Assembly: GCF_006345805.1 (NCBI RefSeq)
Contig: NW_021832611.1
Location: 363,925 to 427,924, forward strand
From: Octopus sinensis
Lineage: Eukaryota
Direction of reading: 5' to 3'
DNA length: 64,000 nt
Both the position numbers and the translations under genes were made by a program. This document shows positions 1 through 11,921 of the stretch, piece after piece; position 1 is the first letter of the stretch, and every line of letters starts with the position of its first letter. Under the pieces are notes generated by a model that was not told the origin of the DNA, searched no databases, and worked only from the letters and a program-made list of their open reading frames with translations.

Positions 1-1080
1 TTTTGCACGTTTCATTTGTTGGACTAATTAAGGACACCACTTTAATGTTGGAGTTAAAAATAATTATGTTCATAAAGTAGCAAACTAAGTTGGCTGTCTT
101 CCAATGTAAGACTCCCATTAATCAGAGTAAAAGTCTCAGAGTTGAAAATTTTTCGGATTTGTTTGTATTATTTGTTAGATTAATGATCTCTTAATTTCCC
201 ACTAATGGCTGATGGTACAGGACAAGTCAGCAGACAATCCACATTGTCGGTTATCGTGGATGCAGAAATCCAGTCCCCAAAACACATTTCTAAGACAATT
301 ATTTTCGAATCCTTACAAGTAACTCACTGAGGGACATTTCACTATTGATAATAAATTCTTGTATTAAAATAGTGATCAAAATAGCGTGTACATACATTTC
401 TTATTGAGTAAAATTTATTAGATATAATTTAAAGTAAGTTTATCTTGATTGTTAAGTTTATCGAACCAATGTTTTATTGGAATTTGCGATTTTACTGAGT
501 ACTGTTTCTTAGATATAGTCGCCTCAAATTTCTCCTATATCAGAATTATGTTTACAAAAGAATCGTGATGGATTTTGATCTATTTTACTAGTCAATTAAT
601 TAATTAGAAAAAGCATGATTTTAAATCCGTTAGAAGAAATTATGTCTTGAAAAATTCCACTTAATTGTAAAGGGGCGCGATCTGGACTCAGTCTGTAACA
701 ATTTTTTACGACCTGCCTGTGCGGGAATTTTGTTGATGAAAAAAGACAAATACAAACTCTCCTGCAGAACAAGTTTCTTCAAGTTTCGTAGAGACTTAAA
801 GATTTCGAAATCGTGTCACACTGTTTAGAGTCGCGAAATTTTCTCACTCAGTTACAGTCTATCAGCCTATATTATAAAGGAATAAAAACAGAGTGGAATA
901 ACTATTTTTGCAATACCAAAAAAGTATACACAAAGGATTTTTCTGACTATTTTAAAACGATAGTGCTTTAAAAAATCTCATTTACTGAAAAGCCACTAAT
1001 TATACAAAACTCTTAAAATTGAACAAATATTTGTCAAATAACAATTTATCCAAAGAAAAAAATCAATAAACTGAGATTAA

Positions 1081-1488
1081 TTATCCAAAAATATCCATAA
1101 TGTCCGAGTCGCCTAAAGATTAATATAACAATGGCGTCAAACTGTCGCTGGAAACTGGAGGTGGCGCCTTCTTTGCAGTCTCAGTAGGGGCAGCGGGTGC
1201 TTCTGTTTCTGCTACGGGAGCAGCACCAGTAGCAGAGGCAGGCGCAGCGGAAGTAGATACGCCAGCACATGATAGCATATTTGAGCCTGATTCGTTTAGA
1301 AATAATTTCATCCCACCTTTATTAATAAGGTTTTCGAACGAATCAGCTTTCATTAGAGACATAAAATGATTAAGGGTTTCTAGATCTACATCACCACCGG
1401 CAGCGTTAATAATGGCAGAGATTTCATCAGATGATGGTTCATTATTTCCTCCAATTTGAGCTAGAGCGTATGATGCCAAATACTTCAT
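1081..1488 (-). CDS. RPLP2: 60S acidic ribosomal protein P2, 3 exons (introns 1287-1316 and 1113-1142, both 30 nt)
   Basis: MKYLASYALAQIGGN N-terminus, Ala/Pro-rich hinge, and after splicing the acidic tail SDSDSDIMDIFG*, typical of P2 proteins. Confidence 0.92.
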
Positions 1489-1769
1489 ATCACAAAGGTT
1501 AATACTAAAGCACGTTATTGTTTTTATATTAATTAATTTAATTCATTCTAAAAATAATAATTTATTATAACAAAAAAAGGAAATTACAAATACAGAAGTT
1601 ATACCATTGAAAATATTCGTTTATCGGATGGTTACAGGACAGCTGCTATTTCTTTTGTTTTTTATTTTTTGCCGTTTATTCTATTAAGATGAATTTGACT
1701 TGAAAAAAATTTCCACGAAAAAACATTCAGAAAATTCGGCGAGCATCAAACGAGACACTCTCCTGAATC

Positions 1770-2800
1770 CTCTTAAGAACAGTTGACTGCATATAAGCCT
1801 GTAGAGACTTATCTACACCAAGCTGTCTTAAGTACCGCTTGTGGTATTTTGTGACCAGTCTATTTCATGTCATTCCAGCCATACTTATTGCAGAGCAGAA
1901 GATGGATGGACCTCATCACCTCGTTATGTCTCCATATGTAATCATTGTAAAGCATACTCCCGCACTTCGTGGCTAAATGGTCAACGGTCATCGCCTTACT
2001 TTTACAGTGGTTACACTGTTTCTGTTGACCATTAAAAAAGTTTTCTTCCTGCAAATATGGAAACAACCCTTCTGATCGGGGAGAGTTATTCCTATATTTC
2101 AGCTACGTTGATGACCACAGGTTGTCCAAGCTGCTAAAGAGAGTTTTGTGAAGGACTTTTAAGTTCATCTTTTTAATTAGGGATTCCCTCTGAAGTTTGA
2201 TCAACTATTTCACATTAACTTGGGTAACACTCAGACCATACATTGCAACATATAGTCTTTTATGGTCCCTAGGTGTGCACTACGCGCTTTTTCAGCAGCT
2301 AGGATGGCAACCTTCTGTTGGATACACTCGACCCACTCCACAGGATGTCACGCATCTTAGTAAGAATTTGCTCATTTAAGTGTACGATGTTACTCAGTCC
2401 ACGTCCTAGCTGCAGTATAATCTCTCCTTATTGCTCACATTGCCGCCCTACTACGCACACCCTTCACTACACACTTTCTCGTTTCGGGTGTGATTAATGA
2501 GGCTAGGCTCTCAACCACGCCAAGATAATTATACCCTTGGTGCTCCTTCAAGACTTTGACTAGGTCACTACACACATAGGTGTTAGTCGCCGATTTGTTG
2601 TAGTTGAGCTCCAGACCTACGACCTTCATGAAAGCTTCCAAGGCTTTACCCATCGAGTGGAAGATCTCCGATGACCGAGCGAATAGTTTAATTTCATCTA
2701 TTAACATAAGATGGTTAGTGCTGAAACACCTTCCATCATGTTCGATTGACATTTGTTCGAATTGGGCAACTTTACTCAGCGGTTCTTTCAATTCGATGCT
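1770..2800 (-). mobile_element. Decayed R4-like non-LTR retrotransposon fragment (RT end, CCHC, RLE region)
   Basis: IDEIKLFA..LELNYNKSA..YNYLG and CNHCKSKAMTVDHLATKCG..RHNEV match the 25.1-27.2 kb element; contains stops and frameshifts. Confidence 0.85.
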
Positions 2801-3329
2801 TAAATCATTATTAAATTAAATCACGGAAAATTTTTTGCTGGCTAAATAAGTAATTCAAAGAAAATTTTTTCAAATAATTTTTTTTTGTCTTTTTAACCTG
2901 TAAATTTCATTATTCATACTGTGGAAGAAATTTTGTTTTATTAAAACTAACTGTGTCATGTGTTTATTTATTAGACCAAAGGATCAGCGATCTACTGGTC
3001 TACAATAATACAGAAATTCAATAGAAAAAAAGCTTAAAACAATTTTCTAGAGCCACGCATGGATGATTCTTCAAACTAGTTTATTATCCTCTCCTGTTTG
3101 ATGCCAGGTTCCGCGAACTGTTGGATCCTTAAAAAATTTAGTGTTCTTTTCATGGATTTCAGGTCATCGTTTAAGACTTCCTAAGAATAATACATGGGTA
3201 ACCTCAGAACTCCTGTCCAATGGTTTTGAAAAATTCTTGATAGTAATATTTGGACGAGTGTCCTCTTTATTCTTAAAATCTGATTTGAAAATTTTCTGCG
3301 CATCTCTATAATTAGAAAACTCAAAAGTC

Positions 3330-5155
3330 TTGAAGAGATTTAGGGCTACAGGTGATACCGCCCAGCAAAACCTAGGGGGGAAAAGGCGCCCTCCATACGT
3401 GGAAATGCCACCGCACTCCCCCCCTGGCGAGCGTGCTCCCCAGGACACCATTAGTCCTGAGGTGCAGTTGTGTGTGCGCCTACTAAAATTATGTAAGGCG
3501 ACGAAGTGCAGTGTAGCAGATATGCTACATTGCAACATGGCTGAGGCCAAGAAGATCCTTGGCGAGGAACCGATATGATGCTCAACATTATATCGGTGAA
3601 CGCGCGCTCCTTATCCGGTAAAGGAGACACCGTTCAGAGGATGTTGGCCACCACGAGTGCGGACATTCTGGTGGTCAACGAAACGAAGGTAAAGGGGGGT
3701 CCGTACGTAGTTGATGGCTACAACTGTTGTCACATACCCTGGAAACAGGGGTCAATATGTGGCACGGGAACTAGCCTCTTCTACAAGCCGTACCTCGCCT
3801 TGCAAAGTTCAGGTTTATGTTCTTGTAGCCTATGCGAATTCCTTCAAGTAAGGAGTATAGGTAACCTTACATTTTACCTAGGGGCGATGTATTCGAAGAA
3901 CTTTACGGCGTGTTTGGCACGTACGGGAGTTCTTTGGAAAGCATCCGAAGGCGATGGTTGTTGGAGACCTGACCTGAATGCCAAGCACATAGAGCTTGGT
4001 TTCATGGTGTCTGTCTCATTCTCCGACTTGGACTGCTTGTTGATTACAAAAAGTGGAGGGGATGCCAAGGAAACGACGAAGACAGTATTAGAAGACAATC
4101 TAGTTGTAAATTATGACATTGACCTGCTTCTATTGAAGAAAGGGTTCTGAGGATGACAAAAGTAATTAAGCGCGTCAGTGGCAGTAGTCAGAGGTGGGTG
4201 GTCAGGAATCGCAAAATTGACTCCACAATAATCACCCATTGAAATAATGGTATTTATTTTACAACATTGTTTATTATATTTGTAATAAATTCAAATAAAA
4301 TTGCTAAAATACTAAAAGCACCACTTCTTTTATTATTATTTTTGCATTGACGGGAGATCATAAGATATTTAAGTTTTTATTGTGCCGCGGTTAGTCTTCT
4401 TTTGCATATGCGTTTCCATGCCCCTCTTTTATCTGATAATGTTCGTAGTGCATCGAGATTCTTCCCACCTTGCAATTTTTTGCTTAATCCTGCTAGATCT
4501 TCGTATAATGCGGTAGGTAGGGTGGCTCCGGACCTTCCACAGAATGCCCTTTCGGGTCGGACAAAAGATAATTTTTTAATTGTTTGTATTTCGTATACCT
4601 TTCCTACTTGTTCCTAATCATTCTCAAGAAACCATAATTCAAGGGCCTTCGCATATTCACTACCTTCATATAGTGTCGGAACATGATTTTTTCTTTCTTC
4701 TTCAACTTTGCCTTGCTGTTTTAGTTTTCTCGAAAAGTTATGTAGAAGACCTCGGGCTGGAAATCCGGACTTCAAGTGAGCCAAACCACATCGATTTGCG
4801 AGGCGGACGAGACTGGCTAGGGCTTGCTCTGGTCAGTCCTGGAATGCTAAATTGGGTTAGTAAAACAATTTTATTGCCCGATATTGGAAGCGACCATCTG
4901 CCTCTATTGCACGAACTCCGCGAGCCAGTCCCTCAAAGGGTTCCGGGATACTTCGACCTCCGGTCGGGTTCTTGGGCCAACCTGGAGAGGTTCATGGCCA
5001 GCAGGTTGCCCTCACTTCTGGTGGGGAATACCTGTGCCAATATACGTGAGTTGGAGGCGTTAGATAATGGAATCAATGCTGCCCTGACTGATTATATGCG
5101 AGATAATTTCAAACAAAACTCAGTGCAGGGTAAGTCACATTCCACGCTCCCATAG
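3330..5155 (+). mobile_element. 5' half of an APE-type LINE (end of ORF1 plus endonuclease), interrupted
   Basis: MLNIISVNARSL, ILVVNETK and DIGSDHLPLL are APE motifs. The upstream ORF stop overlaps the ORF2 start as ATGA at 3575-3578. Confidence 0.75.
4340..4745 (-). mobile_element. RTE-like LINE 3' fragment lying inside the APE LINE
   Basis: GRSGATLPTALYEDL..LDALRTLSDKRGAWKRIC parallels RGRPRTTLPLILNNDL..LESLRKIEISRRVWRCL at 46.2 kb. Confidence 0.6.
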
Positions 5156-5224
5156 AAGAGCTTTTTAAGAAATTTTGTATAAATAGGAATTAAGATTATT
5201 TAAGACTCTTTTATCACACAGAGT

Positions 5225-5790
5225 TTATTTTTATTTTTTATATTCTTCAGGTTCTCTGGTTGATCAAAGGCAGTGCTTTACAAAGATTTGTAAATCTTTT
5301 ACAACTATTTTGGATTTTTTTGAATCCCAAAATGAAGAGGAATTTTCAAGATCGATTTCAGAAAATAAGAAATATATCTATCATTTAAAATGATTTTTTG
5401 CTAAATTGAATGAAATTTCCTTGAAATTGCAGGGAAGTGGTGTAACTATGTTTGACGTCAGAATTGAAATACCTGTAAACTCTCTCAAATTAGCCAACTC
5501 TCGAATCCGCCATTTTAAATGAAAATACAAATTTCCTAAGGAAATTCTCAAATCCGCCACAAAAAAATTTTCTGTGTTAATAAAAAAATAATTAAAAAAT
5601 CAATAAAAAACCCTCTCGAATTTGCGACATTTCGATCAGGAACGAAAAATGGCGGATCCGAAAGAGTTTACTGTAATTAAATTCTGTGAAAGTTAAAAAA
5701 TTATAGACATAGCTTTTAATCAGGGAAATCCAATTTTCAATATCCAGTAGATAAAGCATTTAATCAATTTGATCTAAAAATTTTTGTTGA
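5225..5790 (+). mobile_element. hAT (Buster/ZBED5-like) transposase remnant, interrupted by a MITE
   Basis: VLWLIKGSALQRF and FAKLNEISLKLQG resemble the hAT motifs VRWLSKG and LNxLNxxLQG. Confidence 0.55.
5472..5673. mobile_element. Tigger/pogo-type MITE, about 200 bp
   Basis: TA at both flanks. Right end ggcggatccgaaagagtttactg|TA mirrors the left gtaaactctct/ctctcgaatccgcc and resembles the TIR of the 43776 element. Confidence 0.6.
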
Positions 5791-6179
5791 CTAATCTAAT
5801 TAAAACAAATGGAAAAGCAATAACAATCAGATTTGGAATGAAAATCTAAAAAAGACATAACCGAGACAATGCTAAGGGAATTAGCAACTCTAAAACTTGG
5901 AGAAAGACTTATGATTGTCTCTCTTTTCAAGGTCTCTGAAGACATTAGAAAAAGAAACTTTTTATCTACGGCAACCATGCAAAAACTTTTAAAATAATGA
6001 ACAAAGGCAACCCGGTATCCATGGGGGTCTCATGGGTTCTTTTCTATTTTTCTAGGAAATTAAAATGTCTTAAAAACCATTTAGAAAAATGATTTTTAAA
6101 TGATAAAGTTTAATGCCAAGAAAATATAGATTGCAATATTTTAAATTTTTTTCTTAAATTTATTTATAATAATCATATA

Positions 6180-6637
6180 ACTTTTTTAGATAATAATTTA
6201 GAAAATAGCTAGACAATGCAGTTATTTTGAACTGCCGGCGCATAAGATGGCCTGGCAGTTTCCTTGGACGATCGCCAACGAGACTCTTTGGAAAAGATGA
6301 CGAGTCTCGTTGGGATCCTTGTTTCGTCTGGCAATCTTCGACCCCAGCCGACGAAGGAAAGAAAGCGATTCTGGGCCGATGACCCCGGATGTCTCCACGG
6401 CTACTGGCGCAAAAATGTGGTTTCTGGCCAGGTACGAGTATTTTCTTGTTTTTGTGACCTCCGCATGTCTTGCCGCTGAGCCGGGCTCAGCAACTGAAGA
6501 GATCAGGTTATGCGGGGAGAATGTGTCGGAACATGTCGCGTCCCAGATTAGGCATTTCCCGTGATCGAAGGGAAATGTTGTCATGCCATCTGGGCGCTTT
6601 CCATCTCCGCGATCCAACCCGACTGGTTCCAGCACAT
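6180..6637 (-). mobile_element. CRE-like non-LTR retrotransposon, 5'-truncated 3' end (restriction-like endonuclease)
   Basis: [44 protein letters not shown], followed by a short AT/A-rich tail. Confidence 0.9.
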
Positions 6638-7039
6638 TAGGGACTAATTTATAATTAAAAGATAATAAAATAAATATTTTAAATTGATGGACTAATTTAT
6701 AATTAAAAGATAATAAACTAAAAATTGTCGAAACGATTTTTATAATTATTAATACGAAAACATCAAAAAGAAAAAGAAGTTTAAAAATATAGATTCTATA
6801 GAACCAACTATATTAATGCATTGATATGTTAATGATACAAATCCTTTATTAATACGGTTAAATAAAGACGTCCTCTTTCGCAAAATAGACTGGTTTCTAC
6901 GCAGTACGTATAAATCTTTCGCCTTTTACTAAAGATTTCCGTGTGTAGGAACTTTTTGTTTCTCATTTTTTTGTGCCTCTCTTGAGGTTTTAAATCTTTG
7001 TCTTTTTCCCTTACCATGCTGACTTATTCACTGATTTTT

Positions 7040-7235
7040 AATTGCTGATAAAAAGTAGTCAGGACGTTTTTTATCTCCTCGGTCAAGCCCGACCGGTTCA
7101 AGTACGGCTGGGTATCCTGCAGACTCCAGGGCTTGCTTGAAAATTTCGTTGATCGCCTTGTGTCTGGAAATCGTCTTGCACTTCTTCGACAAGAGAGAGC
7201 ATGGTGTCCATAACAATCTTTCTGACTTATTTAAA
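7040..7235 (-). mobile_element. CRE-like fragment
   Basis: [36 protein letters not shown]. Confidence 0.8.
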
Positions 7236-7329
7236 TTCTTTGATTCCTATTTAAAGCTGTTTATGCTCAAAAATTTTATATACATTCTGCGTTTGACTTA
7301 TCCGCTTTGTACATTATTGTGTTTCTGAG

Positions 7330-9550
7330 GCATGAGCAACTCCTGGCTCTGAATCCGCTGTTGCTGTCTGAGTAGGAAAAAAAGAAGAAAAATATTTATT
7401 TAAAAAAGCTGTTAGTAGAGGGTAGATTAAGACCTTCGGCATTCCTACCTTTTCAGTCCCGCACACACGCTCATCTTTCAGACACAAGCTAAGACTTCGA
7501 TCTTTTGCTAAGAAACTCAGCACTTCGATCTTTTGCTAAGAAACTCAATTTCGGCTAATACTAATGTCAATTTTGATGATGCCGGGTGGCAACAAGCGAT
7601 CCTGCCAGTCCGTCACGGCGGACTAGGTCTGCAAGCTCCTTCTGTTTTGGCTCTCCCTTTCTACCTTTCTTCGTCATACCGCTGTAGTCCGCTTGTCCTT
7701 AGGATTCTTTCTCCCCATTCCGAATCCGTTCTGGACCAAGAGCTTTCTCATGGTATCGAAGTTTGGTCTTCCCGTGGCTTCGACATTCCTTGCTATCCCT
7801 GCTATACAAAGGCGTGGACGGAACAATGTTTCTTCAGTTATACAATTTGCTATTATCCTCCTGTGATCAACACCGGCGCGCTTGTCTTTTGGCCGCATCC
7901 TCCGAATGGAGTGGCGCTTGGCTCAACGCATACCCTTCCGGAAATACGGGAACCCTGCTGGACCCAAAAAGTGTGCAGATTGGCATTTCTCTTAGACTTG
8001 GTCTGGACATCTGCTTTCCACACCTTGCCGCTGTGGTTCTGTCGTAGATCGGAAAGGTCTCCATCCACTTTCCTGTCGCAAAAGCCCTGGCCGGATTCCC
8101 AGCATTCTGAATTAAATTCCGTAGTAAAACATGCACTTGAAGCAGCCGGATTTCCCTGTCAGCTGGAGCCTCCTGGCCTTCTAAGGGAGGATGGTAAGAG
8201 ACCTGACGGGGTCTCACTCTTTCCCTACAAGAACGGGAAAGCAATCGTCGGGATGCGACATGCTCTGATACTTTCGCATCATCATGTCTTTCCTTGTCGG
8301 CGGTCGAGGCTGGCTCAGCAGCCAAGAGGGCGGAGACGAAGAAGGCATCTAAGTACGCCTCCTCCCTGATGGACCGTTTCATCTTCGAACCGGTGTCAGT
8401 GGAAACTTCCGGTGTACTTGGCCCGTCTACTCTCCGTTTCCTCTCGAAGATCGGAAGGTCATTGGGAAGGGCAAGGAACGACCCCCGTGAACTGATGTGG
8501 CTTTTTGAGCGCATCTCTCTCGCAGTTCTAAGGGGGAACTGTTCCTCGATCCTCCTCTCGGCTGCGGTTCCGCCTCTTAATTAGTGATTTCTTTACCTTA
8601 TAAACTGTCATATGATAAAAAAAAAAAAAAAAGCTAAGACTTATCGCCTTACCTGCTACCCAGACATTATCTTTTCTAGGACCTCAGGGAGGCTTTTGAG
8701 GGACAATTCCTCTCGCTATCCTAACCAATGGACTATATAGCAGGATGGCTCGTCTTCTGACTTTCTTGAGCGCGTCAACGTACTTCTCATAGTAGTGCCA
8801 GGCATTTACGCCACTTCCACTGTCAAAAGAAATCTTAATTGGGTTTCGAAAAATGCTGAGGTTGTTTCTAGATGCGCTACGTTCGATTCGGGTAACACCA
8901 TGGCGCTAAACACGCGTAGCCAGGCACCTCTCCGCAGGTTGAAAGCATGCAACGCGCCTATTTGCTGCATTGCACGCATTTTTGTAAGTGCAATGTGATC
9001 ATCAAACTTAACGGACGGCTTGAAGAGCACGCCCAAATAAGTCATCCGATCAAATGCAGCAATTGCTGACCCGTTCAGCAATAACCTAGGGACGTAATTA
9101 GTGTAACCCCTCGTCCTTTTACAGACTTTGAGGACACTGCACTTGTCCGCACGCACCTTAAGACCCCTACTCCCACACCAGTTTACAAGTCCATTCACAG
9201 CAACCTGACCCTACTGCTACATTAGAGGGACCCCGGGAAGGACTTTTGTGACTTTAGAAAAACACGTGGCGAGGGAGTTCCGGAGGCCGTCGTGCCAACA
9301 CCGAGTCGAAGGCCTTTTCAATGTCAAGACTAACTAATATACCGCACTTTTTCTTCTGGACGGCGCACTTCATTTCGGAGGACACCTTCCACAAGCAGTC
9401 ACCGCACGAACGACCCTGCCTGAAGCCAGATTGGAACTCGGGGAGGGCATCCGTCACCGTCAGCTCCTCCAGGAGCCTTCAATCGCTCACACTTGATCTA
9501 AAACGGGTTACACGCGTCGTCGGACTGAGCCTCAGGTTCACGACTGCCTG
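7330..9550 (-). mobile_element. Jockey/I-like LINE reverse transcriptase half, split by a CRE-like insertion
   Basis: LPEFQSGFRQGRSC, VSLDIEKAFDSV and RMTYLGVLF RT motifs. Sequence resumes across the TSD at 7486-7497/8631-8642. Confidence 0.8.
7498..8630 (+). mobile_element. CRE-like retrotransposon, 5'-truncated, with poly(A) and 12-bp TSD
   Basis: WQQAILPVRHGGLG, WLNAYPS, GKRPDG and ERISLAVLRGN motifs (frameshifted). A16 run at 8617-8632. TSD AAGCTAAGACTT at 7486-7497 and 8631-8642. Confidence 0.92.
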
Positions 9551-9789
9551 AATCAATCAACATTCTTATTTTGACCTTCTAATATTTAACTTTTTTTAAA
9601 AAAAATAGATGTTTTATTTTTTTAACATTTTAGTAACAATATTGAATCAAAGATATAATTAAAGTGCCAAATAGAAAAGGTTAAGATGGGATAAGTGGCC
9701 GAGAGAGTAGTCAAAAGCTTAAGGGTCAGCTCAACGACGCCGCACTCCGTATTGAATACCAGTTTTAACGATGCATGACGACCGACTAA

Positions 9790-10250
9790 AAAAATTTAAA
9801 ATTTGGTTGTTAAATTGGGAGTTTTCATTTGGAAAGAAAAACTAGAAACTATTATTATTAGTTATGGACAATCTTCCATTACATAAAATTACTGTGCAGT
9901 TAAAAAGCAATGAAATTTTGTTTTTACCCCAAAACTCTACTTTTAAATTACAGCATTTAGATCAAGCTGTAATCTAAAATCCAAACTTTTGAAAGAGAAG
10001 TTGTCAAATATTTTGGATAAATAGAATCGCGATTCAAGACCTTTATGCTTATAAAAGTTTGCCTTTAAAGTGCGTATATTTATCCACATTTAGCGTGGAA
10101 TGAGATTAGTAAAGTTACATAAGAAGAGATCTGGAGATGATAATCTATTGTTGATGCTGCTGCAGTTTCTGCTCCTAATAGTTTACAAATACGATTTTTT
10201 GGCTTAATTTTTATTCTTAAAAAATATGAAAATCCAGACAATCCAATAGA
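9790..10250 (+). mobile_element. pogo/Tigger DDE transposase remnant
   Basis: LLVMDNLPLHK..ILFLPQNSTFKLQHLDQAVI is a DDE_1 motif. Confidence 0.7.
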
Positions 10251-10478
10251 CAATCCCATTAAAATTAACTTAAATTAATAAAAAATGAAAAAATAATTAA
10301 AATTTATTGCTTATACGTCGAGATTTATACTTGGTCGAAACTTGGAGATTACCATTATTTAAAGTACTTGAGTTAAATTTATAAAATGTTTTTTCCTCCT
10401 AAATAAAAATTTATTAATGATCAGAGTTAAGACTTTATTAATTAGAACAGAATCAAATTATTTTTTAGAGAAAAATGA

Positions 10479-11921
10479 TTACATTTTTCTGAGAGATTTA
10501 ATCAAGTCTTGAGGTTTGATTTCTTTTATAGAAATTTTGTAGATAGTTTCGAACAAAGGAAAACTAGTAAAATGTTTGAACCTTTCTCACCTCCCAAGCA
10601 AATTTTCGGTTTGTAAATATTCGAATACTTCCTTAGCAACTTGTGGGCCGGGAAGTTTTTGTCCGTTCATGAACTCTTCTTCAATCTCATCAAAACTCTA
10701 TTTTTCGTTTTTAATATAAAATACAACCTTCCCAGTGATTACAAACTTCTCTGAACAAGATCGATTTCTTCCTCCATAGCAAGTTGTTACCAAATCCGCG
10801 ATTCCGCAACTTTCTAGAAAAACCTCCGTTTGATGTCCTGAAAATATTTTTTTGAATTGTCAACCTCCTCCAAAATGTTTAACAAATTTTATTATTTCAA
10901 TTAATCCAAGTCGGATTATTGCAGCTTTGGTATTCCCGCCATATTTCAGGCCATCGGCAAAGCCTGCGGCCAAAGCCACCATATTCTACAAAAATAACTT
11001 AAAAATAGTAACTTTGAGGGCTCCACAGAGCTCAACTGCAATTCTATCACTAACTACATTTATTTTAAAATTATCAGTGTGGAATAAAGATTTCAATATT
11101 TTTCCATTTTTGGGATCATCACATCCGAGTGTACATTCCGCAAAAAGACCAGTGGCAACCTCATAAGCCAAGTTAGCTCCCATGAGACAATAGCATTCAG
11201 AACCGACAATTTCATAAATCAATTCTGAAAAAAAGGTTATTTTCCCACTTCCGGCAGAAAAGCCCTAATTTATTGATTTTAGGTACGTCAAAATTATATG
11301 TCATAAAACAACTTTAATCAATATGATACACTAAAATAAGTTTATGATACACTAAAATAAGTTTATGATACACTAAAAATAAGTTTATGAAACACTAAAA
11401 TAAGTTTATGATACACTAAAAATAAGTTTATGAAACACTAAAATAAGTTTATGATACACTAAAAATAAGTTTAGTAACTGCAAAATGAACAGAATAACCT
11501 ATTTAATTAACCTTGATGCAGGAGACGTTGATTGTAGTAGGCTTTATATGAGGCTTAGCAGCTGTGCAAAGACCACGAAGAAACTGGTGAGGTACTACCC
11601 ACACAATGATATCCGCGTCTCGCACCGTCTTTTCTAAATTCGGTACTGCGATCTAAATTTTAATTTAGAACATGCTTACAATGTTCGTAGGGAGTTTTAT
11701 CCCTAATAAATATTTTACATTTTCATGTTTTTGATTGATAATATCTGATAATTTTTCTCCATTTATTATTTCTTCGTGTACATACATGTTCACTGTATCG
11801 TCAAACATTTCATTTTTGGCAGCGTTTTCTCCAATGACTACTGATATGGCGCTTCCCCTAAGAATTAATTTAAACAAAAAATTCACCAGTTTCCGGAACC
11901 AATAATACAGACTTTGTACAT
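10479..11921 (-). CDS. GPD1: NAD-dependent glycerol-3-phosphate dehydrogenase, 8 exons (introns 29, 27, 247, 27, 27, 30, 27 nt)
   Basis: Splices to [80 protein letters not shown]. Confidence 0.95.
11323..11472. repeat. Minisatellite, 7 copies of a 21-22 bp unit, inside GPD1 intron 3
   Basis: Unit ATGA(T/A)ACACTAAAA(A)TAAGTTT. Units 3-7 alternate, giving a 43-bp higher-order period. Confidence 0.95.

Noticed and set aside
1-900. Possible gene at the window start (MADGTGQVSRQ.. on +, LRR-like FKSLRNLKKLVL on -)
   Set aside because: No consistent spliced frame or recognisable motif could be built on either strand.
6643-6717. 28-bp direct repeat as TSD of the 6.2-kb CRE copy
   Set aside because: Both copies lie on the same side of the element, so it is a local duplication.
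7867-8514. Long antisense ORFs over GC-rich elements (also 3164-3550, 17345-17653)
   Set aside because: They are shadows of GC-rich retroelement coding on the opposite strand, with no motifs of their own.
11323-11472. CRISPR-like array
   Set aside because: Units are directly adjacent with no unique spacers, and the context is a eukaryotic intron.
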